From positions 1,462-65,461 of IMG/VR virus record IMGVR_UViG_3300014205_000024: 64,000 nt of DNA; one strand, written 5' to 3'. Shown here piece by piece: positions 30,758 to 39,265 of this stretch. The notes beneath the pieces were generated by a model. That model did not search any database and was not told the DNA's origin. It saw only the letters and a list, made by a program, of their open reading frames with translations. Within the stretch, counting starts at the first letter, position 1; every line of letters starts with the position of its first letter. The DNA is from a virus (lineage: Duplodnaviria; Caudoviricetes). The translations under genes were made by a program, and so were the position numbers.

Positions 30758-31479
30758 TTGGTGGCTGCGATTGGTGCAATTAGAACACCCGCGCCATCGG
30801 TGTCCAAGACAAATGTAGAACCTCCCAGGATTGTATTGGGTGAGGTCACGCTGATTGTAGCGTTGTTTGATCCGAGCCTGACGATATTAAATCGCTTCCC
30901 GGTGAGGTAGCTGGAGATCAAGGAAAGCGTCAGAGTCACAGGACCAGAAGAAGTATCGATCACAATGCACTCATGCAGATCGGTAGCCGTGGTATCGGCT
31001 GTGATTGTAGCAATTGAAAGAACCGGGGAACTGGATGAACCGGGAGGGCCGGGATCGCCCTGTGGGCCAGAGGGAGCAACGACAAAGACTTCCCAATCCG
31101 ACGGATTGCTGCTCGGAAGTTTGTTGGTGTTATCGGTCAGGGCGATGTAAAGCGTGTTGCCAGTGGGTCCGATGCGGACAATGGAGCGTTCGAGGTAGGT
31201 CGTCCCTGAATTCCATTCTCCCAGCCAACTGATACCGAAGATGCCAATCAGCCGCAGCACATATTCCAGATACCCCTCACCCTCATGGCGGGGGAATCCG
31301 GCGGCCTCACTGGAAGTCAGCGTGGGAAATGTCCATGTGGCACGGCCATTGATGATCGACTTGATCACCTCGCCAAATAGGTTGAGCGTCAGGTTGTCGA
31401 GGGTGGATGCAACGGATTCCTCCGGGTTTGTCCGGTTACACGGGCCTCTGGAAGGTGTAGGGCATCCACATCCACTCAT
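30742..31479 (-). CDS. virion protein with CBM5/12-like carbohydrate-binding module
   Basis: WLGEWNSGTTY...IV...GNTLYIA...NKLP...DWE. Confidence 0.65.
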   Translation of the reverse strand: MSGCGCPTPSRGPCNRTNPEESVASTLDNLTLNLFGEVIKSIINGRATWTFPTLTSSEAAGFPRHEGEGYLEYVLRLIGIFGISWLGEWNSGTTYLERSIVRIGPTGNTLYIALTDNTNKLPSSNPSDWEVFVVAPSGPQGDPGPPGSSSSPVLSIATITADTTATDLHECIVIDTSSGPVTLTLSLISSYLTGKRFNIVRLGSNNATISVTSPNTILGGSTFVLDTDGAGVLIAPIAATKWGIL

Positions 31480-32117
31480 ACGATCTCCAAAATTTGTTTG
31501 AGGGCTTTGTCGGTCACATCGTCTTTGCGTCCAATCGGACGGGCTACTTGCTTGTGGCTGACGATCTTGCTCTTGGGGATGTTCCATTTGGCCATCCATG
31601 AGTGAATTTTTTCAACGGCACTGGCGAGTTCCTGAGGATTCAGGTCGCGGTCATTGGTATCACCGGAGAAGGCAATTCCGAGCGACATCGAGTTCACCCG
31701 CTTATCCCCGTTGTATTCTCCAACGCCAACGTGCCATGCGCGGAGTTCATCGGGAACCATGACCGTGCGCTCTCCGTTGTAGTCGAGGACGCAGTGGTAG
31801 CTTACTTGAGAGTTGTGGGACTTGACCGTGATCCAGTCGATGGTTCCAAGATAGGAACCGCAACTGTGGTGGACTACGATGATTGAAGGCGTCATTCCAC
31901 GGGCATCGCACCATGGAGAACGAACTGTCTTTTCCACGAATCTTTGGGTGGACGCTGATGGTGCTTGGCCGATAGGCGTAGGCACTTGCGCTGGTAGTGA
32001 AGCATTTGCTCTGGCGACCAGTCTATCAAACGCTCCGATGGTTTCGCTTCCGGGTTTCCCGTCGTCATCAACTCCGAGTTTGCGTTGGACATAAATTGTG
32101 AAGTCGGTGGGGTTCAT
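31476..32117 (-). CDS. endolysin, N-acetylmuramoyl-L-alanine amidase (Amidase_2)
   Basis: IVVHHS, SYHC, AWHVG, SLGIAF, IVSHKQV; N-terminal LGVDDDGKPG PG-binding motif. Confidence 0.9.
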   Translation of the reverse strand: MNPTDFTIYVQRKLGVDDDGKPGSETIGAFDRLVARANASLPAQVPTPIGQAPSASTQRFVEKTVRSPWCDARGMTPSIIVVHHSCGSYLGTIDWITVKSHNSQVSYHCVLDYNGERTVMVPDELRAWHVGVGEYNGDKRVNSMSLGIAFSGDTNDRDLNPQELASAVEKIHSWMAKWNIPKSKIVSHKQVARPIGRKDDVTDKALKQILEIV

Positions 32118-32362
32118 GGAATTTCGTTCTCCTGTTTCCACTGCAATACTCGGGGAGTCCAGAGTTTTGCCTTGGTGGCCCATTCGACAAGTTCTTTGGA
32201 AACAGTATAGGTTCCGTCATCATTGGCGGATTTGACCGGGTCTTTCCCGACCACAGGAAATGATGGAGTCGGCGGGAAGGGCGTAAGCTTGGGAGCATTG
32301 CTCTGCGTGCTTGCGCATCCCGCCAACAACATCAGGAATCCGAGTTGGATCAGTGTCCTCAT
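32114..32362 (-). CDS. outer-membrane lipoprotein, o-spanin-like
   Basis: Lipobox LLAGC, Pro-rich, in lysis cassette. Confidence 0.7.
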   Translation of the reverse strand: MRTLIQLGFLMLLAGCASTQSNAPKLTPFPPTPSFPVVGKDPVKSANDDGTYTVSKELVEWATKAKLWTPRVLQWKQENEIP

Positions 32363-32578
32363 TCAATCACCCCAGAGGTTGTTGAGATTTTGGACACCTT
32401 CCTTCGCCTTGGCGATGGCGGCTGCTACCTCGACATCGCTGGCTTGGGTTCGTGCGAGTTCCTTCTTCCTGTCCTGTTCACGCAACCATGCGCGGACTCC
32501 ACCGATAGCTTGCTCGGCAAAGCCGAGTATCTTTGGGAGAGCCGTGATGGCGTTAAGGGCTAGGATGAAGATGCTCAT
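32363..32578 (-). CDS. i-spanin/holin-like membrane protein
   Basis: N-terminal TM plus coiled coil. Confidence 0.5.
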   Translation of the reverse strand: MSIFILALNAITALPKILGFAEQAIGGVRAWLREQDRKKELARTQASDVEVAAAIAKAKEGVQNLNNLWGD

Positions 32579-32949
32579 TGTGTGATGGGTTTGGCTTTGA
32601 GGCTTCCGGCGAACAAGGACACTGCTTTGTATCCTTCGTAGAGGACTTCGATCAGGCTGGCGGCTTGCTCGACCACCACCTCGATCTTCTCTTGCGGGAT
32701 GTCAAATCGCGCCTTGAAGATTGCGACCAGTTCGGCCTTCTCGGCTGGGTCCAAATCGGCAAGTTCAGCGCGAATGTCGGTGACATTGGATACTGCGGAG
32801 AAGATGCCCATCGCTACGGCGGGAAGTCGGGCCAGAAGCCCCACATCGGCCATGTTGATTTTCCCATCTTCAAGTGCGGCACCAACGATATTCCCGAACT
32901 CTGCGAGAATTTCGACGGCTACTGTGATTTTTTCGATACCTTGGGTCAT
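32575..32949 (-). CDS. hypothetical protein (lysis region)
   Basis: GAAAGG RBS, amphipathic helices. Confidence 0.55.
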   Translation of the reverse strand: MTQGIEKITVAVEILAEFGNIVGAALEDGKINMADVGLLARLPAVAMGIFSAVSNVTDIRAELADLDPAEKAELVAIFKARFDIPQEKIEVVVEQAASLIEVLYEGYKAVSLFAGSLKAKPITQ

Positions 32950-33020
32950 AATTACCTTTCGTGTTTGTTTGGTTACTGTCGTTCAAATCCTGCTCTGAAA
33001 TTCTTTTTATTCAATCCTAA

Positions 33021-34247
33021 TTACGCCACCTTGGTGAACTGGGCATTGAGGTAGATTTCGTCGATGCCACCAGCATTGATGGCCTTCCCAAATCCAAAGC
33101 CGGAAACAGCATTGCTGGAATATTGGTCGATCCCAATGCTCTTGCTGGCAGCAATGGTGAACTTGCCTTCCATGTGGAGCGATCCCCCATTCCAATAGTC
33201 CGTGCTGAAAACAACCGTATGATCGAGTAAGGCATTTTGCCCATAGGCAATGACCACGCTATCCGTGAAGTTCCAAAGACGCAGTCTGGATTGGTCTGTT
33301 CCGCAACCGGATGCAGTCACCTTGAACTCGTAGGTTCCGGCAGCAAGAGTGACCTTGTTGGAGGATGCCGCCGAACAGGCCCCCCCGCCGTTTTCAATGG
33401 TGTGAGTAATCGGACGGGCCGCCCAGCCAGAGGCCGCATTGCCACCGTTGTTGTTAGCCGCAACCTTATGCTGGAGAAGAATATACAAACGTGTCGCCAG
33501 AGTAGTGGGAACCCATGCTGACCCATTCCAAGTGACCGTATCGCCTGTTGCTGCGGCACCTCCAGCAATGTCGGTGAGTGGGTGGGTGTGCGGGGATGGG
33601 GGATAGGCGGAATCTTTCCCGGTAATGGCAGACCATGGAAAGCTACTGGGAATCTCGATAGGGGGATAGACATAAATCTGGGTAGAGTTCAGCGCAACGG
33701 CAACCGCACGGGAATAAACCTCATTGGCTCCAGATGGCTTGGTGACGGTCAGAGTTCCGGCAGAGGACGAGGAAACGTAAAGCGGGGCTCCAATCGTGTA
33801 GGAGTTTGCCAGCGTCATGATCCCGGTAATGACCGTGGTAAACTTTCCGGCGTCTGCTGACTTCACTACACCCAAGATCGACTGGATGTTTGCCGCTGAG
33901 TTGGCCTGTGCAAGAACGTAGGACGATGCGCTGCGGCGAACAACGGCACCGGGGGCAAACGTATTAGAGGTCACTGTCTCAAAGGAAATCTCAGTCGGAT
34001 TGCTGTTGTCCGTCCGAAGCCACTGGGCGGCAGAGGTTGTGGCATCTACGCAGACCCACACCCGGTCATCCGTCAGGTTGATCCAGACCGAAAGAACCCC
34101 ATAGCCAGCCGTGTTGTCGTCGGTGACGGATGGATCGCTCGTTCCGTCGGTCTTGCACTTGATCGCCGTGGGCTTTCCGGCCCCGTTCATGAACAGGAGG
34201 CCAGTGAGTGCGGAAGAACCAGGCAGGAGATGGAGGGGAAGGCTCAT
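33021..34247 (-). CDS. modular fibre / receptor-binding protein
   Basis: DDNTAGY..SVWIN module, cement-like module, HTH-box (SPHTHPLTDI), C-terminal beta-sandwich head. Confidence 0.7.
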   Translation of the reverse strand: MSLPLHLLPGSSALTGLLFMNGAGKPTAIKCKTDGTSDPSVTDDNTAGYGVLSVWINLTDDRVWVCVDATTSAAQWLRTDNSNPTEISFETVTSNTFAPGAVVRRSASSYVLAQANSAANIQSILGVVKSADAGKFTTVITGIMTLANSYTIGAPLYVSSSSAGTLTVTKPSGANEVYSRAVAVALNSTQIYVYPPIEIPSSFPWSAITGKDSAYPPSPHTHPLTDIAGGAAATGDTVTWNGSAWVPTTLATRLYILLQHKVAANNNGGNAASGWAARPITHTIENGGGACSAASSNKVTLAAGTYEFKVTASGCGTDQSRLRLWNFTDSVVIAYGQNALLDHTVVFSTDYWNGGSLHMEGKFTIAASKSIGIDQYSSNAVSGFGFGKAINAGGIDEIYLNAQFTKVA

Positions 34248-34627
34248 GAATTGTTCTCACGTTTTGCTCTATCCAGCAGGACAGCTACCACGCTGGCATT
34301 TTTGTTTTGGGCTTCGGTATTTTTATTTGTGGCATCCTTGAGTTCCTTGATTGACTCATTCAGTTCCACACGCACACGGTGGCTCTCTTTGGCGTCCGCC
34401 TCAAGTAAAAGAATGCGCTCATGGTGCGCAGCGATATTCTGATCAAGCGAGTCCTTGAACTGCTGGCGGCTCTCTTCTTCCTCAGATTTATGTTTGTCGA
34501 ACTTTGACTTCCGAAGATAAAAATTATCCAGAGCAAACAAGACTCCTATTCCGATAAATCCCAATACTGACATAATCGAAAAAATTTCAGTCCAGCTATC
34601 GGGCGATGCAAATAGGGTGGCAATCAT
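34244..34627 (-). CDS. membrane protein with coiled coil (holin-like)
   Basis: N-terminal TM, AT-richer than neighbours. Confidence 0.55.
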   Translation of the reverse strand: MIATLFASPDSWTEIFSIMSVLGFIGIGVLFALDNFYLRKSKFDKHKSEEEESRQQFKDSLDQNIAAHHERILLLEADAKESHRVRVELNESIKELKDATNKNTEAQNKNASVVAVLLDRAKRENNS

Positions 34628-34842
34628 AATGCGTCTTTCTTTTGCGGTTCAATTTTTTTAAGCCCAAGTTGTTCAATGCGGGCCTCCGCCGCAGCTTTGG
34701 AGGCAAACTCTTCCAACTCCCATATAGTGACTGTGACGCCAGTTCCCTCAAACAGGCCAATCAGATCAGTGCCGTCATAGACCAACCTCCAGGATTTACC
34801 TGCTGCGGATTTATGGACTGGTTTATTGGGTATTGTTGTCAT
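34624..34842 (-). CDS. hypothetical protein
   Basis: ATGA overlaps both sides. Confidence 0.6.
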   Translation of the reverse strand: MTTIPNKPVHKSAAGKSWRLVYDGTDLIGLFEGTGVTVTIWELEEFASKAAAEARIEQLGLKKIEPQKKDAL

Positions 34843-35894
34843 ATTGCGGTAATGGTTGGCAGGGGCGCGGAGCCTGAAATCGCCACCCAGGTAGTCACCA
34901 GGTCGGGAGTGTCCCCAAATCCACCCTCATAATAGGCTATCAAAGATGTTGTATTATATATGAGCCATGCATCCCCACTCCAAATAATGTGATAGTCAAC
35001 TCCGCCGGAATTGGCGGCGTATGTAGGAGTCCCAAAACCGCTAAATCCCACGAGCACAAAATCAAGATTTACGGCGCTTGTGCCCGCGCCGCTGACGCGC
35101 ATATTCTGCGGCGGCGTCATTGTCAGTGTGCAGCCTAGTGACAATGCCTGACCATAGGCTATCACGCCGCCACCCGTGGGGGGATTTGGACTAGTGCAGG
35201 ACAAAACGCAACCATTATCGTTGGCAACCAAAAAATTAAGCAGATCGTTAATGCATTCTGATGTGTAGTTAGGCGCGTCCAGAAATAGCGTGAATAACAT
35301 AGAGCTTGTGTCTTGTAGGTAGTTGTGGTGAGGCTCATTGGTAATAATCGTCGCGGCAGCGGCCGATGGATAAATGACGATACCGCCCCCGACGTGCCCA
35401 AGGGTAATCTGCATGGTCAAATCAGAGTGAGCTAGGAGCAGGTTCTGGCCTACTGTCAAAACCTCCAATATAATGTTCTCAACATTGCTCGCAGGCATAA
35501 TTAGTAGCCCACCCGTAACTATCAGACGCAATGGTACCGACGGATATCCGGTGGGATTTGGCATAAACGCTAACTCGCCCTCGCGGCGGTAGGGCAACCC
35601 ACCAACCTCACAATCGGCCGCAAAAACTTCTTGTGGGATGGAGTTGTAGGGATCAGGATCAGGACCGGGTCCCGGATCTGGAGTAATGGCGGCTTCCTTG
35701 AAAAGTTCAACCAACTTCCGCAGGGCCATGTTGATCGACATCGATGGAGCAATGGCGTTTGGATCATTTGTTCCAGCTACTCCAAGGAGGCGGCGCACGG
35801 CTACCTGATCATCCATGCTGGGGGCAATGGCGTCGGGGTTTGATGTCCCCGCAATACCAAGGAGGCGGCGTAGGAAGGTATTGGTTTCGCTCAT
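34839..35894 (-). CDS. putative capsid decoration/head-fibre protein
   Basis: Directly after MCP; two 25-aa N-terminal repeats, PG/PD linker, beta-rich C-terminal domains. Confidence 0.6.
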   Translation of the reverse strand: MSETNTFLRRLLGIAGTSNPDAIAPSMDDQVAVRRLLGVAGTNDPNAIAPSMSINMALRKLVELFKEAAITPDPGPGPDPDPYNSIPQEVFAADCEVGGLPYRREGELAFMPNPTGYPSVPLRLIVTGGLLIMPASNVENIILEVLTVGQNLLLAHSDLTMQITLGHVGGGIVIYPSAAAATIITNEPHHNYLQDTSSMLFTLFLDAPNYTSECINDLLNFLVANDNGCVLSCTSPNPPTGGGVIAYGQALSLGCTLTMTPPQNMRVSGAGTSAVNLDFVLVGFSGFGTPTYAANSGGVDYHIIWSGDAWLIYNTTSLIAYYEGGFGDTPDLVTTWVAISGSAPLPTITAI

Positions 35895-35958
35895 AATCTT
35901 GGATTAGTTCAAAGGGACCCCCTCGTAGAGAGGGGGCCGCATGAACCAATCAGAGATT
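35895..35958 (-). terminator. long intergenic stem-loop after MCP (terminator/processing site)
   Basis: GACCCCCTC/GAGGGGGCC inner stem and GATTAGTTCA/TGAACCAATC outer stem. Confidence 0.6.
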
Positions 35959-37174
35959 ACAGACCAACTCCACCGTAGGAGAAGTCGCAATCCGAGAACC
36001 CGAGGTCCGTGTTGCAACGCTTCACCAGAACCGGGACAATCGCGTGCGGACGAACCGGGCGATAGGCGCGGGTGATCTGGTAGAGGTGCTGGCCGAAGTC
36101 ACCATACAAGTTGCAATCCCAGTCGCGCTGAGCGAACCATTCCAGTTCCCCGGAATACATCTGGGGCGCGAACTTGAAGGTGCCTTCACCCACATAGCGT
36201 TCGGGAGCCAGACGCTCGAAGCTGTCGGCACCGACCACGAAGATCACTTCGTAGGGGGCGGCAACCCAAGCGGGGTTGGTGCGGCTGGCAACACCGTTGG
36301 TGACGCTGACCGCGATTTCAGGCTCAACCAGAGCCAGATCGCCGTCTTCGTCGAACCCGGTGCAGCGCAGAGGCTGGGGGTCAACACCAAACGAGAAGCC
36401 CCGATAGGGTCCCTCGAAGTGGTAGCCTTGGAGGCTCTTGCCGCCGAGGTTGTAGGAACCGGAGGCGAGGTAGTTCAGGTCTTCCTTCACTCCCAGTTCG
36501 TTGCGGAAGGCTTCAATGCTGTCATCGGAACCGATCACACGATACATCGTGCCCTTGTCGGACTCGTAGGGGGCCACCGAAAGATCTTCGCGGAGGAAGC
36601 CGCCAAGCTTGCGGAGGGCAGCAAAGGTCATGGCACCCGTAGGCAACGCATCTTTGAACTGCACATCGACCTGCTGGGCATCGCCCGTGATCAACTCGTC
36701 AAAGCCGTAGCCCTTGGCCGCGACCATCTTGACGCCAGAACGCTTGTAGAGCGTGTGGCGAATGTCCGAGTTGGTGATTTTAACAATCCCCTTTTGGAGG
36801 GATTCCTGAGCCCGGCGGTAGGAATCTTTGAACGCGGTGCGGGAGGTCTTCACGCAAACGCGGGGACCCTGGCCACGGAGGGTTCCGAGGCGGTAGGTAT
36901 ATTCGGTTGAACCGACTTGATCGCTCGATCCACCCGTTCCGCAGGTTTCGGTATCATTGACGAATACCGGAGCGGCGAGTGAAGTGGCAAGAACGGCCTG
37001 TTCCTGCACAACAGAGCGGACCACATCGGAGTCGAGTCCGAAGGTGCCACCCTTGAGGATGTTGGTGAAAGGGGTGCTCTTGGTGAGAACTTCACCAATT
37101 TTGCCCTGAATACGGTTGGTGTCTTTAGCGGCGAAATCATTCGCTGCGGCTAGACTGATACATTCGGCTGCCAT
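35957..37174 (-). CDS. major capsid protein
   Basis: 405 aa, after scaffold; long structured leader, stem-loop downstream; strong codon bias. Confidence 0.8.
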   Translation of the reverse strand: MAAECISLAAANDFAAKDTNRIQGKIGEVLTKSTPFTNILKGGTFGLDSDVVRSVVQEQAVLATSLAAPVFVNDTETCGTGGSSDQVGSTEYTYRLGTLRGQGPRVCVKTSRTAFKDSYRRAQESLQKGIVKITNSDIRHTLYKRSGVKMVAAKGYGFDELITGDAQQVDVQFKDALPTGAMTFAALRKLGGFLREDLSVAPYESDKGTMYRVIGSDDSIEAFRNELGVKEDLNYLASGSYNLGGKSLQGYHFEGPYRGFSFGVDPQPLRCTGFDEDGDLALVEPEIAVSVTNGVASRTNPAWVAAPYEVIFVVGADSFERLAPERYVGEGTFKFAPQMYSGELEWFAQRDWDCNLYGDFGQHLYQITRAYRPVRPHAIVPVLVKRCNTDLGFSDCDFSYGGVGL

Positions 37175-37367
37175 AAACTGTTTACTCCAGTTGTCGGAGT
37201 TGAGGGTTGGTGCTCGCTCCCCGACGGGTTTAACTTCGATTGCTTTGTGAGCGTGAGCCCACGTTGGAACCGAGTTGGCGAGTCCTCGAACATTCAGCCG
37301 TGTTCAGTTTAACGATCCGAACTATCGCGGAATGTGGTGGTGCCATTCCGAGCACAAGGGAAGTAGA
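37175..37367 (-). promoter_or_regulatory. structured 193-nt leader of MCP
   Basis: CGGAATG/CATTCCG hairpin, GTGCT/AGCAC enclosing stem, GAACA/TGTTC hairpin. Confidence 0.4.
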
Positions 37368-38342
37368 TCACTTCTTCCTTTTGCGGTCAACTCCTTTTCT
37401 CAATAAGGATTCGATTTTCTCAACAGGGACGATGTCCAGCGCACAGCGGCAATCGTTCCATCCATAGCTGACGATGAAGTTTTCTTCATGCCTGACGAGC
37501 CCACCGGGAAACATCACCAATGGACGCCATCCCGCATTGGGTTCCAGCTTGTAGCGCAGATCGAGGGACTTGTCCGCCCAGCCCATCCGATCCATTTCCA
37601 AAAGAATCCTCACCTTGAGGGTCTTGAGGTCGAGGCTATACCAGCCCGAGGAATAGACCCTCTGGCCACCATCTCCCATGATCCATTTGTGGAATAGACC
37701 AACATAGGTGCTGTCCTTGAGGTGGACCAAGGGGGTTCCCCCACTGTAAATCCATGGTTCAGACTTGGGCGCTTCCCCGATCTTCACCGGGACAAATCCC
37801 TTATCGTCTTCAAATTTATAGATCGAGAGCGGGTTGATCCAGTGAACGAGGCAGAGTTCATCATCGGCTGTTACCAGCGGAGTCCAGTTTTTCTCAATGG
37901 CTTGTTCTCTCCCATTGAAGTTGCAGTAATTCAGGTTGTTCCCAATCCGTGGGAGAACGCTGCGCCCAATGGTTCCATCGATAGTCAGCTCATTGAGCGT
38001 CTGGCAACTGGATTGCTGCCAGAGCCGCTTGGTGGAATACGTCGCCTCACAAGCCAGTATCCACGTTCTTCCACGCCACCGGAATAGCCTCGGGTCTTCA
38101 ATGCTATTGATCCGGGAACTGGACCGGGCAATGCGTGCCTGTTTGTATTTGGACTTTGGCTTTCCATGGATGTCCAGCGTCACCAGATTGACATCCGAAA
38201 GCCAACTGTTCAGATTGGGTTCTGTCCGGTAGGCCATCAGAAGATCATCCCCCCGCTTTACGATGGAGGGGTTGTAGCACTTCTTGATTCCTGAGTTGAG
38301 TTGGTTGTTTTCGATCCAGATCAAACCTTCGTTGAATTTCAT
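37368..38342 (-). CDS. GH130-like five-bladed beta-propeller glycosidase/phosphorylase
   Basis: YNPSI, EDPRLF, EKNW, GGTP, FPGG motifs. Confidence 0.8.
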   Translation of the reverse strand: MKFNEGLIWIENNQLNSGIKKCYNPSIVKRGDDLLMAYRTEPNLNSWLSDVNLVTLDIHGKPKSKYKQARIARSSSRINSIEDPRLFRWRGRTWILACEATYSTKRLWQQSSCQTLNELTIDGTIGRSVLPRIGNNLNYCNFNGREQAIEKNWTPLVTADDELCLVHWINPLSIYKFEDDKGFVPVKIGEAPKSEPWIYSGGTPLVHLKDSTYVGLFHKWIMGDGGQRVYSSGWYSLDLKTLKVRILLEMDRMGWADKSLDLRYKLEPNAGWRPLVMFPGGLVRHEENFIVSYGWNDCRCALDIVPVEKIESLLRKGVDRKRKK

Positions 38343-39265
38343 GAGTTCCTTCCTTGGGTATTCCAGCTTCCATAACAGGCATATCCGACATGCGCGCATT
38401 CCAGTCCGAGGTCCACATAGGGTTGGTGTCCTGCTTCAAGGGCAGCCTTGCAGAAGTTCACATCCTCACCCGCATCGGGGGTTTTGTGAAAATAGGTAAA
38501 TCCGCCCTGACCGGTGGTATCATTCTTCCATTCCGGGTGCTTGGCCTGAATGTCCAGATACACCTGACGATGGACCAGCATGCACCCAGTTGCCACCCAG
38601 CGGGTCGGAAGCAGGGAGTCGCTGCCAGACCGTGCGGCTTTGCTCTCGGGGCCGTTCTTCATGCCTTCCGCGAACATGGCGGGGGCATTGGGGTGGCGTC
38701 CGAAGTAAAGTCCTCCCACAAGGGTCTTCTTATGGGACATCAGTCGGTGGATAACATGGCGACCCGCCCGTGCGTCGGGGTATCCCGGCGGCGATGAGGT
38801 GTAGTGCTTGAACAATCCAGCCCTTCCGATGGGGAAGATCATGTCGTCATCAATCCAGAGGGACCATTCGGAGCCTGAGTCCATGAAGTCCTGAACCAAC
38901 CGGTTGCGGGAATTCTCAATGATGGCATCACCGTGGCGCATGTAGGATCGGATATTTTCCTTTCCCATGTCCAATGCCAGAGCAAAGAGGAAATAGGCTG
39001 TGGCGGGGTTTGTGGTCTTGTAAAATGGGAGCAGCAAGCAAAGGTTGCGGCCAGCAAAGTCGGCGTGCTTGTCCCATTCCCGGTCCCCGCTTCCGGCCAT
39101 CACCACGTTCTTCACGTAGTTGGTGACGACCTCGGCAGAGGGACGGTGTGTTCCTGCGGCGTATCGCTTGAGGACACTGGGGTAAGCACCCAAAAGCTTG
39201 GATGCTTCCTCCATATCCGTCGAAGCCAGATACTCACGCACCTGATCTTCGATGGTGTTACTCAT
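38339..39265 (-). CDS. GT-A (GT2-like) glycosyltransferase with N-terminal HTH-like segment
   Basis: RNRLV, WSLWIDDDM, ATGCMLVHR, GEDVNFC, PYVD...HVG. Confidence 0.85.
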   Translation of the reverse strand: MSNTIEDQVREYLASTDMEEASKLLGAYPSVLKRYAAGTHRPSAEVVTNYVKNVVMAGSGDREWDKHADFAGRNLCLLLPFYKTTNPATAYFLFALALDMGKENIRSYMRHGDAIIENSRNRLVQDFMDSGSEWSLWIDDDMIFPIGRAGLFKHYTSSPPGYPDARAGRHVIHRLMSHKKTLVGGLYFGRHPNAPAMFAEGMKNGPESKAARSGSDSLLPTRWVATGCMLVHRQVYLDIQAKHPEWKNDTTGQGGFTYFHKTPDAGEDVNFCKAALEAGHQPYVDLGLECAHVGYACYGSWNTQGRNS

